Assembly (NCBI RefSeq): GCF_009914755.1 | Contig: NC_060934.1 | Reading direction: 5' to 3' (one strand) | Length of the DNA: 64,000 bases | Source: the human T2T-CHM13v2.0 reference genome, Homo sapiens | Shown here: positions 15,692 to 40,373 of the stretch, piece after piece | Layout of the letters: each line of letters begins with the position of its first letter | Position numbering within the stretch: the stretch's first letter is position 1 | Position numbers and translations under genes: made by a program | Notes under the pieces: generated by a model | Seen by the model: the letters and a program-made list of their open reading frames with translations, nothing else | The model's database searches: none | Told to the model about the DNA's origin: nothing

Positions 15692-17710
15692 TGTCTTTAG
15701 TTCTTAATATTTTATTCCATCAAATGTAAAATAACCGTTGTGCTACAAAAGTAGAATAAAAACTTGATTCCTCAGCTGAAGTGCCAGCTCAGTGCATGTA
15801 ATCTGAGAGGCTGGTGCACTCTTCTCCAGAAAATGGCGTATAAATTCAGCCAATGTCTGACAAGTAGACTGTACTGAACAGCTGGAATATACTTATTTGA
15901 GAAACAGGGTATTCAAACAAAATTGACCCCTGTCACGATCACTTCTAGTGTTCTTTATGTAGATGGTGCGTTTCCCTTCTCTGTGTTCTTAGATTCGAGA
16001 AGATTGGAGGCCTTGGCTCCTACAGTTGTAATGCTTTGGTTTATGCTGCATTTTTATTACTCCAAAAAATTTAAACATTTCTCAAATACTTAAAAATTGA
16101 CTTTTTAAGTAGCAATTTGAATGTTTTAATCTTTTTATTAAATTTTCAAGGCTGGACTAAAATGGCAATAGAATGTTAATGATTTATGAATTGATAGAGT
16201 ATAAAGGATTATTTTTATTATGTCAGTCACAAAAGGAATGCACTCTAGAATATGTAACCTCTAATAAAAGAAAAACACACAAATATTTATTAAATATGGA
16301 TGGTTAATACTAGAAAGATAAATAAATTAAATACTAGAAAGCATTTAATTCAGGGTAAAGTGCACTTTGAGTACAGGTGAAGAGAAATTCAGGCTACTCT
16401 GAAAAAGTGAGAATTTAAAAAAATAAAATGTGAGAAGGGTAGAAAAATAAAAACTATCTCAGGCGGATAAAGAGAAAAAATACTACTTTTTCTATTGCTT
16501 GTACTCATGTTTTGACAGATATATAGATGATAAATTTTAGGAATAGAATGTGTTTCAATGTGTTAATCAAGTTTTCTGTATAAATCCCTTACAATATTCC
16601 ACCTTGATATAAAATTAATACCAAATAAAAAATCATTTATGGAACAACAATGGAGCCAACAACTTTTGCTCTCCTCTAAGTAGGCTGAGTTCTTAAGCAT
16701 CTCTATTGTAATGCAAATAAGATTAGTATTGTAATTTTGGATGGATATTTTCAAAAGCAGTTATTGCCTGTCAATAATGTTTATGATGATCCCAAATGCT
16801 TTAATGGCTCTCTTGAAATACAGAAATGCAAGGGCAAATAAACAGCTTTTAGAACAGACATTAATGGAGGCAAATAAAATCCTGTTAGTAGCTCACTTGG
16901 TATAATTTTCTTAGCTCTTTTAATGATTCTTAGAATCAAGAAAAGTAATAAATATTTACTAATGTTAGTTTAAAAAATCCTTCCACCTTTTTCTTTTATC
17001 CTAACATATTAGGTAAGAGGATTATTAAATATATTTCAAGGCAGTACTTTGAGTAGGAATTAGAGAACTTGTTAATAGTTACTACTGATGGTAATATTGA
17101 TAATATTATTACCATTACAAATGAGAAAATTCACATTTACTTGCATAATCTAATGTAGTTTTCCAAAATACTTGTAAAAAATTAAAACAGATGTGAAATT
17201 TCTTGGCTATCAGCCATTCATATGACATATTTATAATTTTAATAATTAAGTTAAATATAATAAAGTGACAAAAAATTTTAATCATCTAAAAATTGGGGGG
17301 AAATTATTTATCATAATCTGCTTTCAATTATAATCAGACTGAAACAAATTGCCTGAAGTTATTAGTAAACTATTCTAAGAATGTGTTATTCAGCCACATC
17401 ACCAAATTTGGAGAGAGTAAAAGAGTAGTAATTATTTATATGGATAGTCCTTTATATCTTTAAAAATGTTTTATGTACTGGATATCAGTTAACTCTTACA
17501 ATAGTCCCATAAGATTTTATTTTAAATTAACCTAAGCTAAATATTTTAATATGGTAGTTTAAATCATTATTATTTATTTCAGTAACATATATCTGACCTT
17601 ATTTCCAGTATTTTATTTTATGCTTTCTATTTTTAAACATTTCTCAATGTAATTTTTTTATTTGGGCATTTTGCTGTATTGAAAGCTTAAATTTATATAT
17701 TAAAAAAACT

Positions 17711-17848
17711 GTGACGAGTTAGTGGGTGCAGCGCACCAGCATGGCACATGTATACATATGTAACTAACCTGCACAATGTGCACATGTACCCTAAAACTTA
17801 AAGTATAATAAAAAAAAATAAAAATAAAATAAAAAATAAATAAAAAAA
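17711..17848 (+). mobile_element. L1PA2 extreme 3' fragment with poly(A)
   Basis: tgacGAGttagtgggtgcagcgcaccagc...cacaatgtgcac...aaaacttAaagtataat; TSD taaaaaaact at 17701-17710 and 17849-17858. Confidence 0.9.
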
Positions 17849-18349
17849 TAAAAAAACTAGACTATTGTTTTGTAAATTACTATTTACTATAAATAGAGAT
17901 ATTAACCTATATTGAATTATCTATACATGAAATAAACAGAATCATAAAGGAGTAACACATTTTAATTAAAAATATAAATTATGAATTAAACTGCAATATC
18001 TCACTAAACAGAATTTACAAGTTGCACACCTAACATAAGGATGTAGCAAATAAACATTGAAACTAAAAGCAGGGTCAGGCATTAAAATGAACATTTTATA
18101 ATGGCAAATGATAAATTTACCTAATATGATTTCAACAATTTATTGCAATTTTCTTTGCATTAAGATCAATATAGTAAAAATTCTAAACATAGAAAAATAG
18201 TAAAAAGATTTTAATTGTATAAGTTATGTTTTAACAGATCAATAAAGTAAAAATATAAGCATATATTAAAATATACCGCTTCATCTCCACTATTTCTTCT
18301 CCTAGGCTTTAGGGGGCTCAGATGATTCTACTGTAGCCTCTGTTTCCCT

Positions 18350-18662
18350 GGAAGTGATGGCAGATTAAAGGCTTTTCCATTGCACCTTGCCCACTTGGAA
18401 GAAGCAAAATAGTGTATAGAGAGTCACATTGTGATCTTTTATTCAAGAACACAGAAATTTACCAGAATTGTCAATTATGAAGTATCCTTGCAAAGGACAC
18501 TTCAGATCCCAGGGAAGAGAAGGTAGCCAAGCAGCTTGTACGTCAGCCTCCTGCTGAGAACTGTGAGTGAAACCCCAAGAGGAGAGAGGGGGAAAGAGTG
18601 TCCCTCTGTAATCCAACTTTCCAGTGGGGAACCTTGCAACCCGGGCCGAGGGAGACCACCTT
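18350..18662 (+). mobile_element. Isolated L1 5' UTR fragment (L1P4/L1PA15-16-like)
   Basis: gatggcagatt...cccacttggaagaagcaaaatagtgtatagagagtcacattgtga matches the recalled 5' start of L1PA15-16-age elements. Confidence 0.6.
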
Positions 18663-25365
<6,703 letters not shown>

Positions 25366-26420
25366 GCATGTACATTTCAAGTTCTATTAAAAAAATGCTG
25401 TTATGATGTTGATTGAAATTCTGATAAATTGATCATTAATTGGAAGAAAATCGTCATCTTTACAATATTAAATTACCTTATTCAATAATACCATATGTAT
25501 TTTCATTTATGTTGGCCACTTTGGTGTCCTTTGGCACATTTTTATAATATTTTCTTATAGATCTTATTAGATTTACTGCTATTATATTTTTAATTTTGAA
25601 TAGCATATAATTTTTAAAATTGCATTCTATGACTGCTTACTGCCAAATGAAGAAAATATATAATTTTAAAAAATTATTTCCCTTATTTCTGACCACCCAC
25701 TTAGCAGGCTCTTTGACTCATTTTAAATAAGCAGAGCTTCTCTTCATGGACCTTTAGTAACCAATGAAGAATTCATTTTTTTCATATATGTTCTAAATGT
25801 TATTTATGTGGAATTACATTTTATTCAAAGAAGAAAATAATGGATATTTATATATCACTTTACTGATTTTGATTTTCAAAGCATTTTCACTATTATATCA
25901 TCCAAAATTATGTATTTCTAATATTTTGATCTTTGTGAAAATTAATAATTGTTACTCATGTTTATTTTACATTTATATTATGAAATATGATGACACACTC
26001 ATTTATTTGCCAAAACAAGTCAATTTTGTTGTTAATAAAACTGAGTCAGACAAGCCAGTAAATTTTCTAAAGCTGTATTTAGAAAGCTGTAGCATCTGGA
26101 TTCTAACCCACAATTCTTAAACTCAAAGGTGACAGCTCTTAACCTTTGTAAAATATGCTTAACGAAAATTTTATTGTAACTCGTAGGTAATGAAAATATA
26201 TCAAGGCTGATTGCCTAAAGGGAGCAATGTTCATTTATGATATTCTAAAAACTAAATGTTTCTTTAATGTTAGTAATTCTGTGTAAGGCCCACGTAGCTA
26301 CATGGGTCTTAATCCATTTGTGTTGCTCAAAGTCTTATGATATTTTTTAATTGGCCTTTTACTTTGAAAATTGGCTTCAGATACAAAGGTCTAATTAGGC
26401 TTTTCTTCAACCTTGTATAG

Positions 26421-26754
26421 CAGGGGTCTCCCACTGTGGGTCGCACACCCGTACTGGTCAGTGGCCTGTTAGGAACCAGGTCTCACAGTAGGAGGTGAGA
26501 GGTGGGCGAATGAGCATTGCTGCCTGACCTCCACCTCCTGTCAGATGAGTGGCCACAGTCGATTTTTCTAGGATTGCAAACTCTACTGTGAACTGCATAT
26601 GCGAGGGATCTAGGTTATGAGCTTCCTGTGAGAATCTAATGCCTGATGATGTAAGGTGGAACACCTTCACCCCACAACCGTGACCCCTGCATCCTGTGAG
26701 AAAATTGTCTTCAGCAATTCTGGTCCCTGGTGTCAAAAAGTTTGGGGAGCGCTG
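26421..26754 (+). mobile_element. MER1B (hAT-Charlie MITE)
   Basis: Terminal inverted repeats caggggtctccca...tggggagcgctg; perfect 8-bp TSD ttgtatag at 26413-26420 and 26755-26762. Confidence 0.93.
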
Positions 26755-27949
26755 TTGTATAGTTTTAGAGCCATTCTATTTAAAATATTAAACTTTAGAA
26801 AATATACATCCATAAACAGCTTTTTAAAAAAATTGTTAATTACTTTCAGAAATGTTTAGAGTACTTATTTGTTAGATAATTGAAAACATACTTAAGTTCT
26901 GAAGAAAGCCCAGAGTGATACAATTAGGTTCAAGGTGAGGCCCCCACCATTGCTCACCAAAACAGTACAGGTTTGTTTTGAGAAAAGGGAATGAAAAATA
27001 GTTATCTCATATATGTATATATTGCATATATGTATTTAAATAATTTTGCTGGATATATCTATATCAAACTATATCAGTCTTATGTAACTTCTGATATATT
27101 TATGTGTGTACACATACATACATATATTTATGCAAACACCACACAATCTCAAAACCTATTAGGAAGTTCTTATGCAAGTGAAATAATAAAATGAAGTAAA
27201 TAACAGTTATGGAACACTAACAAGTTCAAATAATTCTCAAAACAATTTAGGAAAATAGGTATTTTAAATCTAAAAAAAGTTAAGAAATTTGATGAAATTA
27301 AAAGAACCTAAGAATGAAGGACAGGAGTAACTATCAAATTACAAATTTTACTCTATGATTCCAAATGCCATTCTTTTCCACCACCCTATACCATCTCCTT
27401 AGGGGAGAGAAAAGAAAAATGGTTAAGGAACTAACCACAGCATTCAGCATTATTGATTTAGGGATATTCTCAAAGGAAATCTATACAGTGGAAAAATTGA
27501 GCATTGGCATGAGTCTTAATATTTGAACCACCCAGTGACTTGTTGTCCTGCAGAACTGCAAAAGAACTTATATTCACTTTAAATGTAAATTTCCCCCTTT
27601 TCTTGCAGCCATAAGAGATATGCTCAGGATGTTGTTATATAATCAGAATATTATTAGCTCTCTCAGACAAATACAGTGTTTCAAAGTAGGAAGATTTTCC
27701 TTTCCAGCTGTCATTCTTAGCAGCATTTGTCCTCCACCTCCCTTCCTTCTCTTAATATTTTCATGACCATAAAAGAAAAATAAATTATCTAATCTAATAA
27801 TGCTAATAGTGAGTCAGACAAATATTTTATGTCAGGAATACATACATTTTTTGTTTGTTTGTATATGTGCAAAGATCATAAAAACCATGGTATAGCTTCA
27901 CATTGCACTTAGTAATAAAATATATAGAATGCCTAAAATTTAATCAATG

Positions 27950-28478
27950 TTTTTGCCCTACCATAGCTCTATCATATGGCTCCTGCCCATCTTTTTAAAG
28001 GCATCATTTTGTACATTTATTAACCCCTACTCCTGCTATATTTTCCTGTTCTATGAGCGTTTTGTCAATTCCTAGGAAGCATCAAGGTCTTCCCCATCCC
28101 AGGAATCTATACATGCTTTTCCTACCGCATGAAAAACTATTCCCCAGTTTTTACTGATGACATTTTCTTACCCACCAAATATTAATTTAAATGTCGTTTT
28201 ACCAAGACCAATCTCAATCATCCACCCTGAAGTTCTTCCTAGAAGTCTCAATGCCAATGTCCTGCTTTATTATTTTTCTTACGTATTTGTTTTCTTCAAG
28301 AGAATTCAGTATGTCCTGTAATATCATTACAGTATTTGCCTATTTACTTTTGTCCCTCTTCACTATAATGCAGGTTCCATGACAGTATAGAGCTTGTCCA
28401 TCTTGCAAAGAGTTGTCAATTTAGCACATAACATGCCTAATGCTTGTTAGCCCCTAATGAAGACTTGCAGAATTAAGA
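27950..28478 (+). mobile_element. L2 3' fragment
   Basis: cactataatgcaggttccatgacagtatagagcttgtccatcttg...ttagcacataacatgcc, a diverged L2 3' end. Confidence 0.6.
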
Positions 28479-29047
28479 AACAAAAACTTAAAATATAAAA
28501 TTCTCAAGCATTGTGTTAAAGACAACATTTAGGTATATAGTCATTTTTCATGACACTTTACAAATTACACTACAACAGTAACTATCTGCTCAAAAAGTTT
28601 ATTATTTATAATTGAAATTGTTTTAGTAAAAGAGGAAAAGAAAGGGGAAAAAGTGAGGAGTAAAAGAAGTCATGTCTACTCTCAAACCCCCAAAGATGAA
28701 ATTATATTAACACCATTTAAGCACTTGCAAAGTTTTATATGTAATTCCTGATCAAAATGATCTCTTAAGAGACATAAATTAACTTATTGATCCAAAATAA
28801 ATTTAAATATAAATGAATACTATTAGAATATACAGAATAACACTAAAATTCAAGTTATACAATATATATCTGTATATATTGAAAATATATTTAAGCTCAT
28901 GTTAATCGTTCTGACTATGTAGGTCATGTGAACTTAGACACTTGTCACTTAATACAGACAACATGATCTAACAGAAACAATGAGGCTGCAAATACAGATA
29001 ATTGAAGTTTTAATTACAGTGTTGTGATACTTAAACAGGGTTTAGCT

Positions 29048-29061
29048 GTTGCCTAGGAAAC
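29048..29061. promoter_or_regulatory. Candidate RFX X-box
   Basis: GTTGCCTAGGAAAC, a 14-bp near-palindrome in apparently unique sequence; motif match only. Confidence 0.4.
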
Positions 29062-29349
29062 CACTGACATTTAGATAAGAGGAATAATAAATTGTGCACT
29101 GTTAGAAATAACAGCAGTAAAATTTATTGTAAAGAAGTAAAACAGGGATCAAGAAGATATTGATGGAAATTTCAAATTAAATACAAACATAAGCAGCCTC
29201 TGGTTTAGTGCAAAGGAGGCTGGTTTTTAAAAGTTAGATTTCCAAAGATATCTATATGTGTCTACAGATTTTGAAGCTGTGGCTTATAATTTTCTCTAAC
29301 TCTTTCTCTTTATGAGGAAAAAGAAGCTATCATATGTGTCTAACATAGA

Positions 29350-29540
29350 TCATTGATTTGGGTTTGAATCTCAATTCAAGAAATTATCTTGAGGATGTGG
29401 CTGAATATTTTAGATATCAGTTTTTACCTGTCTAAAATGTGGATAATAATACATACCTAAAAAGGTTTGGGGGACGATTATATGGGGAAATATGTTTAGA
29501 ATTCTTTAGATACACTTTTTTTTTCAATTGATAATAATGG
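29350..29540 (+). mobile_element. MIR SINE
   Basis: tgggtttgaatctc...tcagtttttacctgtctaaaatgtggataataatac core. Confidence 0.65.
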
Positions 29541-30198
29541 CTATTAAAAATATGTTGACACAATTAAAGTATTAAATTTATTTTATTATAGCCTTGACTT
29601 TCTTCCTGAACAAATTGTCTGTTTGAATGTATATTTTTTGGTATCTAGTCCAAGATGGATTCTGGGGCTGCATGTGTTAAGGATCTGTGGTGAAACTCTT
29701 GATTTCCTCATCTCAGTTCCAAGGATTTGTCTTTTGTATTTCATTCATGCCCTTTCTTGCATGACCCCTTGTTTCTAAAAGGGGACTCCTGCCCTTTGCT
29801 TTTGGTTACATTTTCTATCCTGACATGGCAAAAGCAAATCTCTCTTTTTTTCATTTTTAAAATGTCATCATATTTTCTGCAACTTTGAAAAGTATAAAAT
29901 ATATCAGAAAATATGAGACAGAATGATAGACAAATAGGGGATTTATGAAAGTACAGTTAGAAGCAAGTATGGTAAAACACTAATTATAAAACCAGCTTAA
30001 TAGATATGAGTGTTCACTGTAAAATTCTCCCAAATTTTTTAGTATATTTAAACATTTTCATAATAAAATGTTAGGTGAAAAATTCACCTTATATTTCTTC
30101 TCACAATTTACGAGTTTATCTCCATATATATATCCAACTTAACTATTACCCTAGAAACATTCTTTTCTTGCATTTGGAAAGAAGTATGGTAATAAATA

Positions 30199-30660
30199 TG
30201 GCGAGAAATAAAACCATCATAATTCCCACCATCGTGTACTTCCTTACTCCTATTAAATTATATTTAGTCTAAGCACTAACCCAGCTGCTTGCTCTAAGAA
30301 ATGTCTGCCCCTGAAAGGCATGACTTCAAACCATATAAATATATTAGCTATCAATATTAATACTTGCTAACAAAGACTTGATTAAAGACTTTTAATTTTC
30401 TGTACCTACCAATTCAAAGCTATTATTGTCACAGACTCTGAACAATCCCAATTAGTTTACCACCTTGCAAAACGTGCCTTAAAATTGCCTTACTTATGTC
30501 ATAAAATTCTATAAAACCTTCCTATATTTCCTCACATTGAAACACTACCTAAAACTCTGTCAAGGTGGTTTTTCCCTTTACTACAGTAAATCTAATAAAC
30601 TAAGATTTATATGATCAAGAGTTGTTGTTATTTTTCTAGTAGTCTTTTGAGATGTCAACA
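30199..30660 (+). mobile_element. Old ERV1 solo LTR (MER90/MER110-like)
   Basis: 3' part ctctgtcaaggtggtttttccctttactacagtaaatctaataaac...gtcaaca with TATA-like ctataaaa and AATAAA. Confidence 0.55.
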
Positions 30661-31242
30661 ATGGATAACAGAGTTATCAGTAATGTGTTCAGAGAGAGAA
30701 TTACATCATTAAATATATCCTATTTTAGGCATTTACTCAGCATTGCATTTGAAACTCTTATATTTCTGTTTCTTCTGAAACTCAAGTTCAGGAAGCTTAT
30801 AGAAGCTCTAGAAAATATATTAATTTATTCTTTGTGAACTTTAGGATCATTAAAATATAATCATTTAGGATTACATATTTTTTTTGGATTAACTGTGCCT
30901 ATGAGTCTGTTTAGGCTTTAAAAAAACTTTAATAATAACCTTGGACAATTCTATAATCTTTCTGGGACATAAAGTAAAAAATAATGCCTATTTCATTACA
31001 GCTGGTATGAGTTTAGATTATGTATGTATAAAATATATACACACATATGTTATATATATTGTCATATATACATACCTTTGTCTGTGTATATTATATATAA
31101 AATGAATATATGTACAAGGTCTGATTCATAGTAAATGTTCAATAAATATAAAATTTTATAATGAAAATTTATTTTGTGTGTGGATGTAAATAAAATGAAT
31201 CTATTTCATGACAACAAAACTAATGACTTCACTGAAAGTTAT

Positions 31243-31858
31243 TAATATAGAAGTTTAAAAGAAATTCTTTAGGCAGATAGTGAGGGTAAGGAAGTCCTCA
31301 GTAAGGTTTTCCTTTTAATGAAAAGCAGGCCTCAAATCATTTTCTTTTCTAACAAAGAGCAGACTGTAAAATTGAGCTGCAGACATAGACAAGGAAGCTG
31401 GAAGCTTGCACAGGTGAATGCCCACAGTTGTGCAAATAGGAGAAGGTTACCTGGGAATAGGCATGTTCAAAATGGCGGCTCCATCATCTCTTCTCTTTGC
31501 AAGTCACATGTACAGTAAGGAACAAAAAAGATGGCACTGGCCAAGCAGGAAGTCTATTTACATAATAAGATTAGGGTGGGGCAAGGAGCCCTCCCCACCC
31601 ACGCCATGTAAATACCACCCCAGACCGAACCAATCTCTGGGCCTTATGTAAATCAGACACCACCTCCTCAAGACTGCTTACAAAATCCGCCACAGTCTGC
31701 CACTGGCTAGCTTTTCCCTTTGGTGGAGAGAGAACTACTCTGCTCTCTCCTTCTTCTGCCTATAAACTTTCCGCTCCTTAACCCACTCCATGTGTGTGTT
31801 AGTCTCGGCTCCAGACGACAGACCCTGGGTATTTACCCCAGACAAGGATGCTGCTTCA
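31243..31858 (+). mobile_element. MER61-family ERV1 solo LTR
   Basis: ttaggcagatagtgagggtaaggaagtcctcagtaaggttttccttttaatgaaaagcag...ccccagacaaggatgctgcttca; near-TSD ttat/ctat. Confidence 0.8.
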
Positions 31859-31959
31859 CTATAACTCTATCTCTTTATAATTATCTAACTTTGTTACAGT
31901 CAAATAACAAATACATTTGATGATGATAATAGAAAACATACATTTTTGGCTGAAGAAAA

Positions 31960-32676
<717 letters not shown>

Positions 32677-32692
32677 AGGCGGGCAGATCACA

Positions 32693-36625
<3,933 letters not shown>

Positions 36626-36658
<33 letters not shown>

Positions 36659-36685
36659 TTAGATAGATAGATAGATAGATAGATA
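36626..36685 (+). repeat. (GATA)8 GTTA (GATA)6 microsatellite
   Basis: Read directly; occupies the position of the L1 poly(A) tail. Confidence 0.97.
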
Positions 36686-39205
36686 TCTGTATATCTTCTT
36701 AGATGAGGTAACTTTTCAGATATTTTGCTTTTTTATTTTTTATATTAGGGTATAACAATAAGAAAATTAAGAATCACTTTTTCATTCTCTTAACAATCTC
36801 TCACAGAGTAGAAAAATTTAATTTTCATAAAACAAACATTAGTTATTTTCTTCCATTATGTTTTTGATGTTATTTTTACAACCTCAATACCAACCCAAGC
36901 TGTGTTTGTCCATTGTGTGTAACTGTAACAAACTACCAAAGACTGGATAATATATAAGGAAAATAATTATTTAATTCACAGTTCTGGATTTTAGGAAGTC
37001 GAAAATCCAGGAGCTGCATCTGGTAAGGGCCTTCTTGCTATGCAATAACATGCTGGAAGCCATCACATGGCAAGGTAGTGAAAGACAGCAAGTGAGCAAG
37101 AGGGGTCAGAACTTGCTTTATTAACAAGCCTGCTCTCAAGATAAGTAACTCACTCCCTCAATAATGACATTAATCCATTTATGAGGGGAGAGCCTCCCTC
37201 ATGACCTAATCTCCTATTATTAGGCTACCCTTCCCAACACTGCTGCCTTAAGAATTAAGCTTCCAACACATGAACATTGGTGGACATATTCACACCATAG
37301 AATATGGTCAACAAGATTTTATCCTAAGTTTTGCTTTAAAAGTTTTATAGTTTTGCATTTTACATTTAAGTCTGTAAACCATTTTGAAGTTCTTTTTGTC
37401 TTCTTTTTTTTGGTATTATGTAAAGTCTGTTTCTAGATTTATTTTTCATATGATTTTTCAATTGTTGCAGCAATATTTGTTGAAAAGAATCCCTTCTCTG
37501 ATGGCATGCTTTTGCCCCGTTGCCAAATGTCAGCTGACTGTGTTGGTGTGGCTGTTTCAGGGCTTCCTATTGTGTTCCATTGATCTACATACCAAATCTT
37601 TTGCTAATATCATGTTATGTTGATTAGTGTAGGTTTCTAGTAAGTCTGAATTCTGGTAAGTCCTCAAATTTTCCTTTGTTCCTTTAGTATTGTATTGACT
37701 ACTCTTTGCCTCTGGCCTTTGTATATAAACTTTAGGATCAGTTCATTGATAGCCACAAAAAAGCTTGCTGGAATTTAAATTACGATTAAATTGAATATAC
37801 AGATCAATTTGAGGAGAACTGACATCTTAATGATATTGTGCCTTTCTATCTTTATCTTTGTTTTAGATCTTCTTTTATTTATTTCATTAGAGCATTGCAG
37901 TTTTCCACATATAGACCTTCCATGTACTCTGCTAAAATTTTATCTTAGCATTTCATTTTTTGGTGTAATTATAAATGGATTGTATTAGTCATTGCAAATG
38001 CCAAATTGTTCATTGCTGCTATATAATAAAGCATTTCATTTTTGCATATTAACCTTGTAACCTGAGACCTTTTGTTTATTCTTTGGGATTTCCTACATAG
38101 CCACTAATGTAATCTGCAAACAAAAACAGTTTTACTTCCTCCTCAATCTGAACACTTTTTTTCTTTCTTTTTCCTTGCTTCATTTTAATAGTTAGGGATC
38201 ATTTATTACAATGTTAAATATGGATGATGAAGAGACACGTCATGACTCGTTTCCTATCTCAGACAGAAAGAATCCAGTTCCTCACCATTAAGTATAATAG
38301 TAGCTATAGTTTTTTTTTTTTTTGTAGGTGTTCTTTATCAAGTTAAGCAAAGTTTCCACTACTCCTACTTTGCTAAGAAGTTGGTTTTTTTTTAATCATT
38401 ATTAGGTATTTTTTTTCTTCTTCCTTAACCTGGTGATACAGTGGGTTATGTTGATTGATTTCCAAGTGCTATTCAAGCCTTACATACCTGGAGTAAATCC
38501 CAAATGGCCATTGGAAATATTTCTTTTTATCCATTGTTGTACTTGGTTTTCTAATATTTTGTTGAGGATATTCACATCTATTTTTATGAGACATATTGGT
38601 CTATCATTTTCTTTTATGTACTATATTTATCTGGATTTGATAATAGGGCAATGCTGGCCTCATAGAATGAGTTGTAAAATACTTTCTGTGCTATTTTCTG
38701 GGAGAAATTGTAGAAAATTTTATTTTTCCTACTAGGTCTAATGATTTCTAACTTGAATATTATTAATTATTAATTAATTTTTAAAAATAGATACAATAGA
38801 TATAGGCCTACTCAGAATATCTATTGCTTCTTGTATGAATTTTGGTAGTTTCAGTAATTGTTCTATTACTGTAGTAATTGTCTTTCATGTAATTATTCTA
38901 TTTTATTTAAGATAGCAAATTTGGGGATATAAAATTATTGATAGTCTTTTATCTATTGTCTTTTTAATAATGATGCAATCAATAACAATGATACTCTTTC
39001 ATTTCTGGTATTAGGAATTTGTGTTTATTTTTTCATTTTTTTTTTCCTTTTGGTTAGCCCCTGAATAGAGGTGTATCAAGTTTATTGATTTTTCCAAATA
39101 ACTAGATTTGGGTTATTGATTTTTACTATTGTTTTTCTAATTTCAATTTTATTAATTTCTCTTCAAATTTTTATTTATTTTTGCTATATTTAGGCAAAAA
39201 TTGCT
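36686..39205 (-). mobile_element. Old L1 (L1MD/MC) ORF2 portion
   Basis: Antisense ORF2 motifs parallel to those at 19310-21600. Confidence 0.75.
36901..37301 (-). mobile_element. MST-family (MSTC/D) MaLR solo LTR
   Basis: cacagttctgg...gcatctggtaagggccttcttgct...catcacatggcaagg...ccaacacatgaacattgtggacatattcacaccatag. Confidence 0.8.
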
Positions 39206-40120
39206 CTTATTAGATAGATTTTTTTCTGTGAAGGTCTTATTAGTTCCATTCTTATACTTCTCCAAAATTTTGCTATATATGAATTCTAGCAAAATACCGA
39301 TTAATCCAGTACAACAAATTATTTGTATTTTTTTCTTGAATCAATTTTGCCTGTATATTTTTTTTTGACATGTTATAGGTCTGGACTGGGCTAAGTCCCC
39401 CCTGACTACTTATACAACCTGATACCCCTAAGATCTCCCAGGAGCCTCATGTTGGTGCCAGATCCAGTGCAGATACTGGCTCCACATAGCAGAGTAGCAC
39501 CAAACATTTGTGCACCCTTGATCGTCCCTGCCTTCTGGAGAGCTGGAATTACAGGCATAGGCCATGGTGTCTGACAATTTTATGTTCTTTTAAAAAGACC
39601 CAACTTCTGGACTAATGAACTGGAACTGCCTGTTAGTATTTAATGTAAATGTATTATATTTGATCTGCAAATTCTATCACTAATCAGCTTTTATATTTCA
39701 AAGGTTTTCGTATAGGCTAACTCTATTAAAATGCTCAGACACTGTTTTATTTTGTGTTGCATATGCATGCATGTTTATTTGATAGAGAGTTAGTGATAAT
39801 AGCCTCCTTATAAAGACTTTACTATCAGAGACTACTCTCCAGTGCATTTCATTGTAAAAAGCAAGCCATTCTATGTAGAACAAAATCATGTTATCAAATA
39901 GCTTTTACATGTAGAAAATGAATTCAAGTCAGGGGATTTAAACCACAAACTAATCCATAGTGTTTGAAGGATACAAAGTGGGACTCTGATATCCATCGAT
40001 GTAATTTTCTGAACTTATATCTGACCACTGTATACACTATTAAGTGATAACTTACAATAGTTTCATCTGAATATAAGAAGTATATTCAATACATGTCTTA
40101 AAATCTGGAAGCAAGTGTTT

Positions 40121-40373
40121 TAACTTTTATATTTTTTATTGTATATATTTAAGATATATAGCATGATGTTTTCATACACATGTATAGTGATATCCTTATA
40201 CGGTTAAGCAAATTGACATATCTATCACCTCAAGTTACCCCTTTTTTGGTATTAAGAGCAGCTAAAATCTAGCCCCTTAGCAAATTTCCAGTGTACAAAA
40301 TTCTTAGCTATAGTCTTCATGCTATACATTAGATCTCTAGATGTATTTATGCTACATAACTGCAACGTTGTAC
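40121..40373 (-). mobile_element. L1MA (MA8/9-like) 3' end
   Basis: ttgtatatatttaagatatatagcatgatgttt...cttagcaaatttccagtgtacaa...tacattagatctctaga. Confidence 0.75.
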
